From Lenisia limosa (taxonomy: Eukaryota; Protista; Breviatea), in NCBI GenBank assembly GCA_001655205.1, contig LPNZ01009064.1, forward strand, positions 1 to 39,045: DNA of 39,045 nt. Reading direction: 5' to 3'. The position numbers and the translations under genes were made by a program. Numbering within the stretch: the first letter of the stretch is position 1; the number at the start of each line of letters is the position of its first letter. Positions 23,917 to 34,991 of this stretch are shown piece by piece. The notes below the pieces were generated by a model that saw only the letters and a program-made list of their open reading frames with translations, was not told where the DNA came from and searched no databases.

Positions 23917-25842
23917 ATGTCCTATCCTCCCCAGCAACAAGGCTACGGCCAACAACAACAAGGATACCAGCAGCAACAAGGCTATCCTCCACAGCAGCAA
24001 GGTTACCCTCCTCAGCAACAAGGTTACCCTCCCCAACAACAAGGCTATCCTCCCCAACAACAAGCTTATGGTCAACAACAAGGCGGCTATGACCAAAAAC
24101 AGGCTTATGTAAGGCTCCTTCCTTCATCCCTCTTTTCTGACTCTCTTTAGGGTGGACCTGGAGGCCCACCTCCTCCCGGTGGCCAAATGGCACCAGCTGG
24201 GAACAACCCATGGGCTCCTGTAGTGGGACCCCCGATGGAGCTTAACGAATGGCAGGTGAGAGGCCTTGATAATCGCTGTTGTACCATGGCTGTTCCACCA
24301 GGGGGAACTTTTTTTACTTTTTTTTTTTTTCATTCTGCTTAGTAAGACTTTTTTTTCTTGTTATCCTCAATGGGGAGTATGACATGAAATGATTGATATG
24401 TGAATTTCGCTCATTGGTATACTCTATTCTTGGGTCTCGGCCAAATTATTGTTCGTCAGAATCTTCCTATCATTTACCCCTTCCTAGGTTGGGCTGTGTT
24501 CATCTTGCTGCGAAGACCCTGGAACATACATGGCTGCGTGCTTCTTTACCCCTTGCTTTGTGTACAGCCAGCGCGCCAAGCTTCTTCAGAACAACTGGGT
24601 AGGCGGCTCTTTCTTTTTTTTTCTTCTTTTTTTTCTTCGTCATATCAACTCATTGACCTGTTATTTTTCTTTTTGTCTTCGTCTTATCAATTTAAAAACT
24701 CATTTACCCTGTTATTTTTTCTTTTTTTCAAAAAATGACCACTTTTCAATCCACAATAAATATCAATATTGGACTGGGCTGCGGAACAGAGGCGTATTAA
24801 CCCCCCAGGACCTCTACGTTTGCTGCAACGGAGTTTGCTGTGGTGATAAGGTGCCTTGTCAGCACAACTGCCCCCAGTGCTGTATGTGCTGCGAGGCTTG
24901 TTGCTGTATTAAGTGGGAGGGGATTTCTAACAACTTCTCTGTATAAATGAGAGTACAGAATGCTGTTAATCTTCCTCACCTCCCAGCTGCGCCATTCAAG
25001 GCAACCGTAACTACCTTCACGACAAATATTAGTATGCTACCTTGGCTGTAACAAAGTGGTCTAATGCCTTGAATAATTCCTGAGATGTTGATACATTTTG
25101 GCTGTTTTTTATTCATGCGGCTAATATTAACTCATCGACAGTCTCAAGGACTCCTGCATTGAGCGTTGTTTCCTCCATTGCTGCGCCGGCGGCACCAACG
25201 TTCAAGCCGAGTCCAGCGCAGTGGGGGGGGGGGGCATTGTTNNNNNNNNNNNNNNNNNNNNNNNNNNNNNNNNNNNNNNNNNNNNNNNNNNNNNNNNNNN
25301 NNNNNNNNNNNNNNNNNNNNNNNNNNNNACTTAAAACTAATATTTTTTGCACTTTTATCCAGTCCCTCTTTTTCTGCCAGTCTTCTTGTTTTGACCTTAT
25401 TTGGTTCACCCTAACATGTCAGTGTGGCGATTGTGTCAAGCCCGTCCTGGGTTGTGTTGCGGACTGCATTCCTTGCATCCCCTCTGACTGCGCCTCTTGT
25501 CTTCCTGACGGTAGGGCTCATATTGGAAGGGGTTGGTTAACATTTCTCTGAAACAACACATATTTATTTGGTACTTAACCCTCTTGTTGAACCTGTCAAT
25601 TTGACGCTTCAGATACCAAATGCACCTGCCCTATTGATTGCGTTTCTGGTTGGGGGGGGGGGGGTAAAGAATAGTAAAAATATCAATTTGTACGTAGCCC
25701 CTATCTTAGCAGTGTTAGAGTTCAAGAACATTAGCTTCCATTATTAATCACCCCTCCCCTCCAGCCTGCTTCGCCACGCAGATCAACTATGAAATGCGTC
25801 AGCGCGCGTACCCCGATGATACCATCGGCCGTGGTGCTATGG
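23917..25842 (+). CDS. PLAC8-family cysteine-rich protein with an N-terminal (QQQGYPP)n repeat; multi-exon
   Basis: Reads MSYPPQQQGY repeats, then EWQ|VGLCSSCCEDPGTYMAACFFTPCF, CCNGVCCGDKVPCQHNCPQCCMCCEACCC, CAIQGNRNYLHDKY, CGDCVKPVLGCVADCIPCIPSDC and CFATQINYEMRQR. The end falls at or in a gap. Confidence 0.78.
23920..24090 (+). repeat. Coding 21-bp-period imperfect tandem repeat (QQQGYPP)
   Basis: Repeated cagcaacaagg(c/t)ta(t/c)cc(t/c)cc units are read directly in ORF 23917..24150. Confidence 0.9.
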
Positions 25843-26048
25843 NNNNNNNNNNNNNNNNNNNNNNNNNNNNNNNNNNNNNNNNNNNNNNNNNNNNNNNNNN
25901 NNNNNNNNNNNNNNNNNNNNNNNNNNNNNNNNNNNNNNNCGGTTCACTTTTCCTCCCACCAAGACCACTTTAATACAGTCAAAACAATAAATGAAATCAA
26001 AAACAAAAACCATAATATGGCCGAGGAGGAATATGACAAAATTCCATG

Positions 26049-29000
26049 CTAGGTCATTGAACATTCCACCAGGTCGCTATCTAACAGGCAAGCGCTGGAG
26101 TAACTACAAAGTAAAAGAAGAGGGGTGAAACATTTCTTTGGTTATCCCTCCTACCCCAAAACGGCCACGGCCATAAGTATACAGAGAATAACACAGAAGC
26201 TGGCAAATGTGTGGGATGCAGAGAACGGGAAGTACTGCGTTCGCATCATATCCACAAAGCACGCTCGGGTGGGAACTGGGAATGATGAATATTGGATATC
26301 TATAACAAAGGAGANNNNNNNNNNNNNNNNNNNNNNNNNNNNNNNNNNNNNNNNNNNNNNNNNNNNNNNNNNNNNNNNNNNNNNNNNNNNNNNNNNNNNN
26401 NNNNNNNNNNNNNNNNNNNNNNNNNNNNNNNNNNNNNNNNNNNNNNNACTTATTGACACATTTCCAGACCACCACCATCCACTCCCCTACCAGGACAGGC
26501 CTTTATCCTGGCTACAAAGAAAACAAGGGCTGGCCACAGAACAGCGACAACCGGAATAGAAAGTGAACCGATTCTGAATAAATAAAAAAGGGAGAGAAAA
26601 ATAATCAAAGCTAATCCCCCCCCCCCAAAAAAAAAAAAAAAAAANNNNNNNNNNNNNNNNNNNNNNNNNNNNNNNNNNNNNNNNNNNNNNNNNNNNNNNN
26701 NNNNNNNNNNNNNNNNNNNNNNNNATGATATAGACAGAGTACCGCAAGATTGTGGCGTGTATTCAGTTTTGTTTTGATGGAAAATTATGTGTTTTGTTTA
26801 TCAAAGCAGCCTGAAGTAAGACTGTTGCTCTTTGTTTTTAATCCAATGATACTTCTACTACCTACATTGAGATTTGAAGAGGGTTTCCTTGGTCGGATTT
26901 CAAGAGTAAGGGTGCAACACAGATCATAAAAATAACCGGTATGGCCCTGCATATCGCTAAACCGTCAGAGAGATAGAAGCAGGCGAATGAAATTTTGATA
27001 ATTTTAGCCTACCTGGGTGACTCCGCATGGTGGCTTTGAGGTTAGCAGCGAGAATAATACTCCAAAAAACGGCTGTCATGGTAGTAGAGAAGACAATGGA
27101 CAGGACAATAAGGATCTTGGAGGGTGAATGGAGAGTTGGTTGGTAAATCAGCAGAATATCCAAAACTATAAAGATTGTCGATGGAAAGCACATGGGCAAA
27201 CTGATTTTTCCATTTTATATTATCAAGTTTCTCATACCTTTTCGGCGGTTTCAACATCATAAAATGCTGCCATGTGAACAAACACATTGCCCTTGAGCTC
27301 GGAAGCGGATGACAACATAACAGCGAAAATCATGACTGAAAACAGTCCGTATACGTGTGAGATGACGTATGTGGAGACCCTGGGGCAGCAATTAGAATGG
27401 GATTTAGCTGTGATAAGACAGTTTTGTATAATTCAATATATTCTTATAAGAAACAATTCAATTTGATTAATAAAAAAATTGTAATTTTACGGGCTCATTG
27501 CACCAAGACAATTGCCTACGGAATCGACGTTTCTTTCCTTCCAAGCCATGTTGGGATGGCAAGTGGCAGAAGTGCTGTCCATGACGTGGCACCTATGGCC
27601 TGGGGTGGGTGATGATGGGGAGAAAGATGACGGAAGTAACAATGTTTGACACTCACAAATTTGAACAAAAAAGTTTCTACAGTTATGAGAGGTGGGGTGG
27701 GGAGGAGTGTGTATTATTTAAAATGCCAGGATCGTTTGGGCTCGAACTATTATACCTCTTGTCTACCTGCAAACCTGGAGTGAATACTCCCAGTTTGCAA
27801 AAGGGGTTTTGAAAGGAGTGTCATGCTTCCAGGCCCAGGAAAGAATCGAAAACACACCTGCAGCCACCAAAATGCTCAAAACTACAAGAATGTTATTCCT
27901 ATCAAAAATCATCCTATAATCTTGCAGTAGAACCGACAAATAGATGCAAACAAATATAATTCCACTCTCACTGTTCACAGCTGAAACGAACTTGGTTGGT
28001 CTGAAGAAAGAAAGGGATATAAATACCACCTACGAGAGATAAGTGGGTCGTCTCACAATTCATTTGAATGTTTATGAAAACGTTTCACATTACTGAACCC
28101 CTTAGTTTAATCACGACCTGCAGCAACGATGAACATTTTCAAAAATATGTAAAATCGATCACTTATTTCCAAAGACCCCTCCCCTTCCCCCTTCCCCACG
28201 CACCATTACCACAGCAAGCCCAGCCGAGACTGACGGGTCCTCCCAAGGTACCACACCAAAATCTTTGTCAATGTGATGTGGGAGATGAGGTTCATTCCAA
28301 CTGTTTTGGTCAAAACTAAAGCTCAGCAGGTAAATACCCTATCACATAATAGACAACACATATTGATCAACTCTGTGTTGATACCTAACAAACCCCATGA
28401 TAAGACCTCCAATCGTATTATCCATTCGAAGTATCGCCCCATAGTACCTTTCGGATCCGTAGTAGATCTCTTCGAAACACGTTGCTCTCCAGGTGTGCCC
28501 CAAAAGATGGTTCAGGAGCATGTCAACTGCCTATATGGGTAAGAATGCACTTTAAACTCACTGTAATTGATGTCATATTTAGACCAATATCCACCATTCC
28601 CCCCGCTTACTGAGGATCCAACACTAATAAGCTGCCCTCCCCAGAAGACAATTAGTCCGTAAATAATAATCTAAGAAACGTTAATACATAAATTATCTTC
28701 CTATCATATGCTGTATTCAAGATATAATATTATATGTCTGGCCGAAGCCGGCCAAACCATCACGCTTATAAGAGAGATTGAATTATTGTATATAATGCTA
28801 ACCCAATCATTTGCCTGACAGCTCTGTGTATACATCGTTCATGAATATTGTTTTACTGCGAATACCAAAAATAACAACCATTCCAACCATATAAAGCGCC
28901 ATTAAGGGCCTCGATAAGTAGGTAAAACAGAGGGCTCTCCACTCGCAACAAAGCTGACTGAGTAAGATTGTGCATTAATGTACTATATGCTCATATGTTT

Positions 29001-30068
29001 CCATCTGCTACAATCGAGAACCTCATATTTCTCCATATCAACGAGAGACATGTTCACAAACACCATATAACAAAAGAATGTTACACCTCCCACAAGAAAG
29101 TCAACATTCCCCGGGAAGCGAGACACCGCTTCGGCTGTAGCCCGGGCCATGATAGCAGATACCAGGTAGGATAGGAGCATGAAAACAATCACCCTAGAGG
29201 TTGAGACGCGTGTTACATTGAGCTGAACAGTGGCACACGTGCTCAATGCCTTTTTGCATTCCCTGGTAAGGCTGTATATCCTTGGTAATACAGCTCTCTT
29301 GTGATAGAGTTTATACCAGAATTCAGGATGGAAAAAGTTTGGTTCCCTCTTACGGTAGCCATCCTGCTTGTTGCATCACTGCTGGTAGAAAGAGCTGAAC
29401 TACAGGTGTCACTCATCTGAAATCGAAAAAGGAGAAAAATGTTTTGGTTGTTTTAACGTAAGGAATACAGCTTCTGACCCTCCCTGATAATCCATTTGCT
29501 CCAAGCTGTTGAAATTTTAGTTTGAAATATCGGCTTTATTGTCATCCAATCATATTACTGACTTTTTGTATGTGTACACATAATATCATCATTCACAGAG
29601 AGATATAATATGTTCAGTCCCAACGAAAATCAACACTCAGGAAGAATCCTGTGTTATCTCCGTTCATCATTATGCCTCGAAAGTCGGTTATAAGAACATA
29701 TCACTTGTGGTGGGACAACATATTCATTCCCCACCCCCAAACTTGGAGGAAGGCAGGCAAACACAAGGAACATGAAGGATGCCCATCCTGCCATCTTTCC
29801 CGAGGAAGACGTCCTATATGGGTGAAATGAAACTAGAATTCTTCAGAACCTGTAAGGATTTCATAATTGGAAGGATAGCCTTGTGTAGGCAAAGCATCAA
29901 AACATATATATCAATCTTGGTGGTCCGATATTACTAAGAAAATGGTACTCCCACAAACCATGACTTGCCACCTGTCTTTGTTGGTTCTAAATCGTTTGAG
30001 TAGGCCTGGAAAGGGGAGTTGAGGAGCGGTGCAGTCTCTTCATTCTTTACCCAGAAACCTAGACCCAT
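26049..30068 (-). CDS. Amino-acid transporter (Aa_trans/AAAP-like) multi-pass membrane protein; multi-exon
   Basis: Exons read LFLPAVMQQAGWLP (~29354-29395), VIVFMLLSYLVSAIMARATAEAVSRFPGNVDF (~29100-29200), AVDMLLNHLLGHTW, LPLAIPTWLGRKE, AVFWSIILAANL and PVVAVLWPALV. This matches the motif order I recall for fungal/oomycete Aa_trans proteins. The stop position is tentative. Confidence 0.72.
28739..28773. repeat. Third copy of hairpin + CATCACGCTTATAAGA, in an Aa_trans intron
   Basis: TGGCCG-AAGC-CGGCCA is followed by the identical 16-mer at 28758-28773. Confidence 0.75.
29633..29710 (-). repeat. Intronic double-hairpin repeat family, copy D (diverged)
   Basis: The reverse complement reads CCACAAGTGATATG..ACCGACTTTCGAGGCATAATGATGAACGGAGATAACACAGGATTCTTCCTGAGTGT. 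It lies in an Aa_trans intron. Confidence 0.75.
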
Positions 30069-30448
30069 TTTCACCAAAAGTCAAAAATTTGGTCAAAGAG
30101 AACAGGTCTAGCGTGTCCTGAGCGTGCCTAGAGCTGGTATAGAGGTCTAGGGAGATTGGAGACTGGACAACACAATTTTGACGTGTTTCAAAATATATGG
30201 CTTTTTATGATGTATATATATGTATATATTATATACTTCTAAAACTATGGTTTGTGAGAGGTGTAGATTTAGCACGCCGCATTTTGATACAGTAGTTAAA
30301 CTAGTTACACGACTACAAAAAGTTTTGGACCTGTTTTTCAAATGCCTCTTTTAGAGTGTCTGTGCACTGCTTGTTCTTTAAGAAATACATAAAAGGGGTT
30401 TTGTTAGAGTTTAAAAGTGTCTGACGGTTCCTTTTATTTCTTTTTATC

Positions 30449-33400
30449 ATGAGTGTGGAAGTAGAGAGCTCCGAGTAGGCCATATGATACCTTATTAACA
30501 TATTTCAGTGTGCTGAGGCTCATTATGCAATTTTTGCGCGAAAACAACCTCACAACCACGCTCCAGTCACTGGAGGTAAGCTAGTTTTCCTCCCACCACG
30601 CTCCTCATATCATAGGAAGAATCACAGATTTCTCTTAACACGGTCGACTCTGTTGAGGCTTTCGTTGCCGACATTCATAGCGGAACTTGGGTGAGCTGAT
30701 CGTTTTGTTTTCTCAGTCTTTTCTTAACCGATCTGGCTGGATATTTATCTTCAGTAGTTTTTATATCAAGTAAATTAAATGATAGGCTTTGGAGAGTGAA
30801 TTCTGCTTTCGATGAAGGGATAGTGATGCTATTAATGTTGAAGATATTGATGTATGCTTCTCGTTCTTTTGAAGAAATATTGTTTTTTTTTTACATAAAA
30901 ATTTTCCAAGCTTTGCTTTGGTTGCTGGCATTTTTCATAGTGAAATTAAAAACAGATTTTCGAAGGTTCATAACGTTAATATTCTTCAGGACAACAGAAT
31001 TGGACCTGGATAACCTAACTCCTTTTAGGATATTGTGCTTCAGAACATTTCCAATCTCAGAATCCCGTATTTCAAACTGGCCAAGCTATATGAACAGGTT
31101 TTTGGGTAAATGAGTAGGACCTCTGTTATATTTTACTTTCATTCAACATTGTTGCAAGCCATTGCAAAATGACTTTGGAGTTTACCCTTTTAGGTGGTGA
31201 TTGAGTTCTTTGAGATCCGTGAAACAGATGTCTGCAGAGCCTTGATGAAGGAGTCTTCCATCTTTGCCGAAATGAAGAAAACCGAGCCTGAGCGGTTCAC
31301 CCATTTGGAACTTCTGATCAACAAGCCCTATTTTGACACACGTGATGTGAGGGGGGAACAGGCTACATGTTAGTACTATATGATATAAAAGACAGAATAG
31401 CGATTGTAGTAGCAGAAAGTTTATAGTGTGACATTCCAGGCCTATCCCGATGGAATGACCAAAGAAGGAAGACGAAACATTATTGCTGAAGGTTGGATCG
31501 AATTCTCCCTACCTCCCTGCCTCCTGGTTTTACATTTCTTCGAAATGCCCTTTATCCCACTCCAGAACTTGCTGAAGAGCTTGCTGTTGTTCCCCCAAGT
31601 CGCCTTCTGACCCTGCTCTCTCAGTCTATCAGATTCCAGCAGCAAAAGGGTTTGGGGATTGCTTGAGGGGGGGGGGGTAATGTGACAGAAGAAACTATTG
31701 ACTCAGCTGTATTACATTACACACTATTTCATTTCTCCTAGGAGTGCTCCCCCCTGGCAAGTCCATTGATCTTCTGAGGGGTATTGCGGCCACTACTTCC
31801 AGTAAGGAAGTCCTGGAAATCCCGCCCGACGCCGTCGACACTGTTATCAAAGTGGGAGTGTTATTAGCACAATGGAAAGCACGTAAATATGTTCTCGGAT
31901 TAAAATGAAATATGGTGAATGAATATTATGTCAGTCTTCTTTTTTTAGCGTATTTGAGCTTACGGCTTCTCATACTATATCATACTCCGACGGTAGGTCA
32001 AATGAGAGAATGATAACAGTGATACAATAACAGTGCTGGCTTGCAGCAGGTAAAGCCTTTCCAAACTTCGATTGTTCACAGTTTAGTTTGGCAAGAAGGT
32101 TTACCCCGAGTGCGCCATTTTCTCTGCGGATGGCGTTAATCTTATTACCGGTCCGGGGGGAGGGGTCTTCTTATAGCCCATTATAATGATTATTACGTGA
32201 TTTGTCAACCTAATCATCGAATATCTGACCGCAATTGCACCATCGTTTTAATCAGTCCCACAGGCTCGGCTGACGGTTTCGTTGAAGTCTGGGATATGAA
32301 CACGGGCAAGCTGCGCAAGGATCTGAAGTATCAGGCTGAGGTATGCAAGACTGGGCTGGAGATGCTGAGGCCATGGTGAATATTTTCGATAACGTTCTAA
32401 AACCTTTGATGTGTACAAGAGGTTGAGAAGGCCCACAGAAGAAAACAACTATTATAATCCATAATATATAATGTTTGATGAATACTATATGTATATATGC
32501 ATAGTATGTACATATTCGTACTTGAGCTATTTTGTGCCAGGGCGTATAATCATATCCCAAAGTGATGGACCACTTTGGCCGGATCTTGTTCTATTTCACA
32601 GTTCTACATATTACATGTGAATGAGACTGAGTTCACTTTTTGCCAACACTGACCATATAGGACAAATTCATGATGCACGACGCAACAGTGCTCTGTGTGG
32701 NNNNNNNNNNNNNNNNNNNNNNNNNNNNNNNNNNNNNNNNNNNNNNNNNNNNNNNNNNNNNNNNNNNNNNNNNNNNNNNNNNNNNNNNNNNNNNNNNNNN
32801 NNNNNNNNNNNNNNNNNNNNNNNNNNNNNNNNNNTCCTATTTTACTTCCCAGTGAGCTTTTGGCTACCGGTGATGCTGAAGGAAATGTGAAGGTTGGCTT
32901 TTGACGAGTATAAAAATGATTATTATGGTATATGTTTTCCATTTTACTCCCTGGTTTTTCAAGTTTTATTTGTGTATGTGTGTTCCAGCCATCATCGCTA
33001 TTTTTGTTTTACTCTCTCCTAGATCTGGAAGCTACGCACCGGACAGTGTGTCCGCAAACTTGAACACGCCCATTCCAAGGGTGGGTAATAGGCGAAATTA
33101 ATTCATTAGCACGTGTGTTTTTTGCTGTGTTAACGTACACTCTTCATCTAATCTGTATGACTGATGGAAACCCAGGTGTGACGAGTGTCCAGTTCTCACG
33201 TGACGGTTCACAACTGCTATCGTCTTCATTCGATGGTCTTGGAAGGTATGGGGGAGGAGGTATAGTATATTATATATCATATATTTTATATTATGTACAG
33301 TAGTGTGCCTTAGTAAATCTCGAATCCTTTCTACTTTCTGGATGTCGGACAATTATTCCAACTTTATATGATTATTCCAGGCTTCATGGACTGAAGTCAA

Positions 33401-34660
33401 CCCGCGTGCTTCGCGAATACCGTGGTCACACTTCATACGTCAACAGCATCATCCAGACTACTGATGGCACTAAGGTTGTCACTGCTTCCAGTGACGGTTC
33501 AGTTAAAGTGGGACTCGGGGGTTCAGTCTTTTTTGTTGTTGTTTTTCACCTCATTGCGTAAAACAAATAAAACACTGTTTACAAGAGTTGAACATCCTTA
33601 TTTCACTGCATAAATTTTCCAATTTTACTCTCCTTCCACCTCCCAGGTGTGGGATGCCAAAACCACCGAATGTTTATCCACTTTCAGACCCTCAGGTGCC
33701 ACTGTCAGTATGCTGCGGGTGTGTGTGTGTTTGTGTGATTGAATAAATGCTGTTCCATAAAGGGTTGGGGTCAGACATATTATTACTTTTCGCCTGAGGA
33801 ATGGATACATTATTGAAAGTACTAAATGCTTTTTCAGATGTCTACTGATTTCCTAATACCCGCAGCTGACGTTACGGTTCTCTCAGTGCACACCATCCCC
33901 AACAACCCCAATGTCATCTTTGTTGCCACTCAGACCAACAAGTGCTATTTGTTCAACCTCCAGGGCAAGGTGGGCTTGGCTTGAGAGGTGTTGTACCTTA
34001 TTGTTGCCAGTGGGGCTCGAGGGACATTGTATTGTTTTGGTTTATAACAGCTGGTTATTATCTTAACCCCCAGGTTATCCGCACCTATGAACTTGACAAC
34101 GACACCATCCAGTTTGTTTCATGTCTGCCTTCACCAAGAGGGTGAGGAGGGCTCATTACACATATTGATGTTTCACCTCATTCCAATTCCAATTGGATTG
34201 GGTGAATTTCAGTTTTCAATGAAAAGAATGGTGCAGCAGATGTAAAACAATTGACCCAGTCTTTGTCACAAATCACTTGCTTACACATCAGTGGCTTCAT
34301 TTATGGCTATGGTGATGATGGCTACATCTACTGCTTTAAGATTGATGACAGTTTGTGGGTTATTGTCCTGCAACAGTATTCCCATCTTTTCCCTGGAGGC
34401 TGTTCCTGAAGAGTGACAAGCTTATCACCCATCATTACTCCCCCCCCCCCCNNNNNNNNNNNNNNNNNNNNNNNNNNNNNNNNNNNNNNNNNNNNNNNNN
34501 NNNNNNNNNNNNNNNNGAGGAGTCCATTGGTATCGCTGTACATCCCTCCGCTGCAGTCATCGCGTCTTTTGCCAACAATGGTGGGGTTTTGATTTGTACT
34601 ATTGTTCGTGTTGGCCATTCTTACATTTCAGGTCTTCTCAAGCTCTGGTCACCAAGATAG
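30449..34660 (+). CDS. SMU1: WD40 repeat splicing factor SMU1; multi-exon
   Basis: Exons read MSVEVESS|[115 protein letters not shown] and GLLKLWSPR*. The stop TAG is at 34658-34660. Confidence 0.96.
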
Positions 34661-34991
34661 GTGTTTTCAATGTGTGTAATGTAGCAATTGGTGTATTCTT
34701 CATGTTGGTTTTCACAATATGGTGGTGGTAAATAAAAGCAGCAGTGCAGTTTTTGTAATTCAGAAGTGTTTAGTGGTGATTTATGGCTGTTTCGCACGCC
34801 TACACTCTCCCCACACTTTACCTCACTAAATGCAAAATGCGCCAATTTTTAAACCTTCAACCATTCATCAATCCTCACCCCTCTATTTTCTTCTTGACAA
34901 TTGTTTACTGCACCGGGCATCCTAAAATATCAAAAAAAAACTTACATACAAGATGATTGCGATATGTAAATATCATAGGGCCAAGAAGGCT

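Noticed and set aside
26100-27400. Separate FAR-17a/AIG1-like or DIM1-like gene
   Set aside because: These exons fit better as the C-terminal half of the Aa_trans transporter that starts near 30068.
30055-30155. MITE from CCTAGACC/GGTCTAG inverted repeats
   Set aside because: The repeats are short, overlap the inferred Aa_trans start, and have no target-site duplication.
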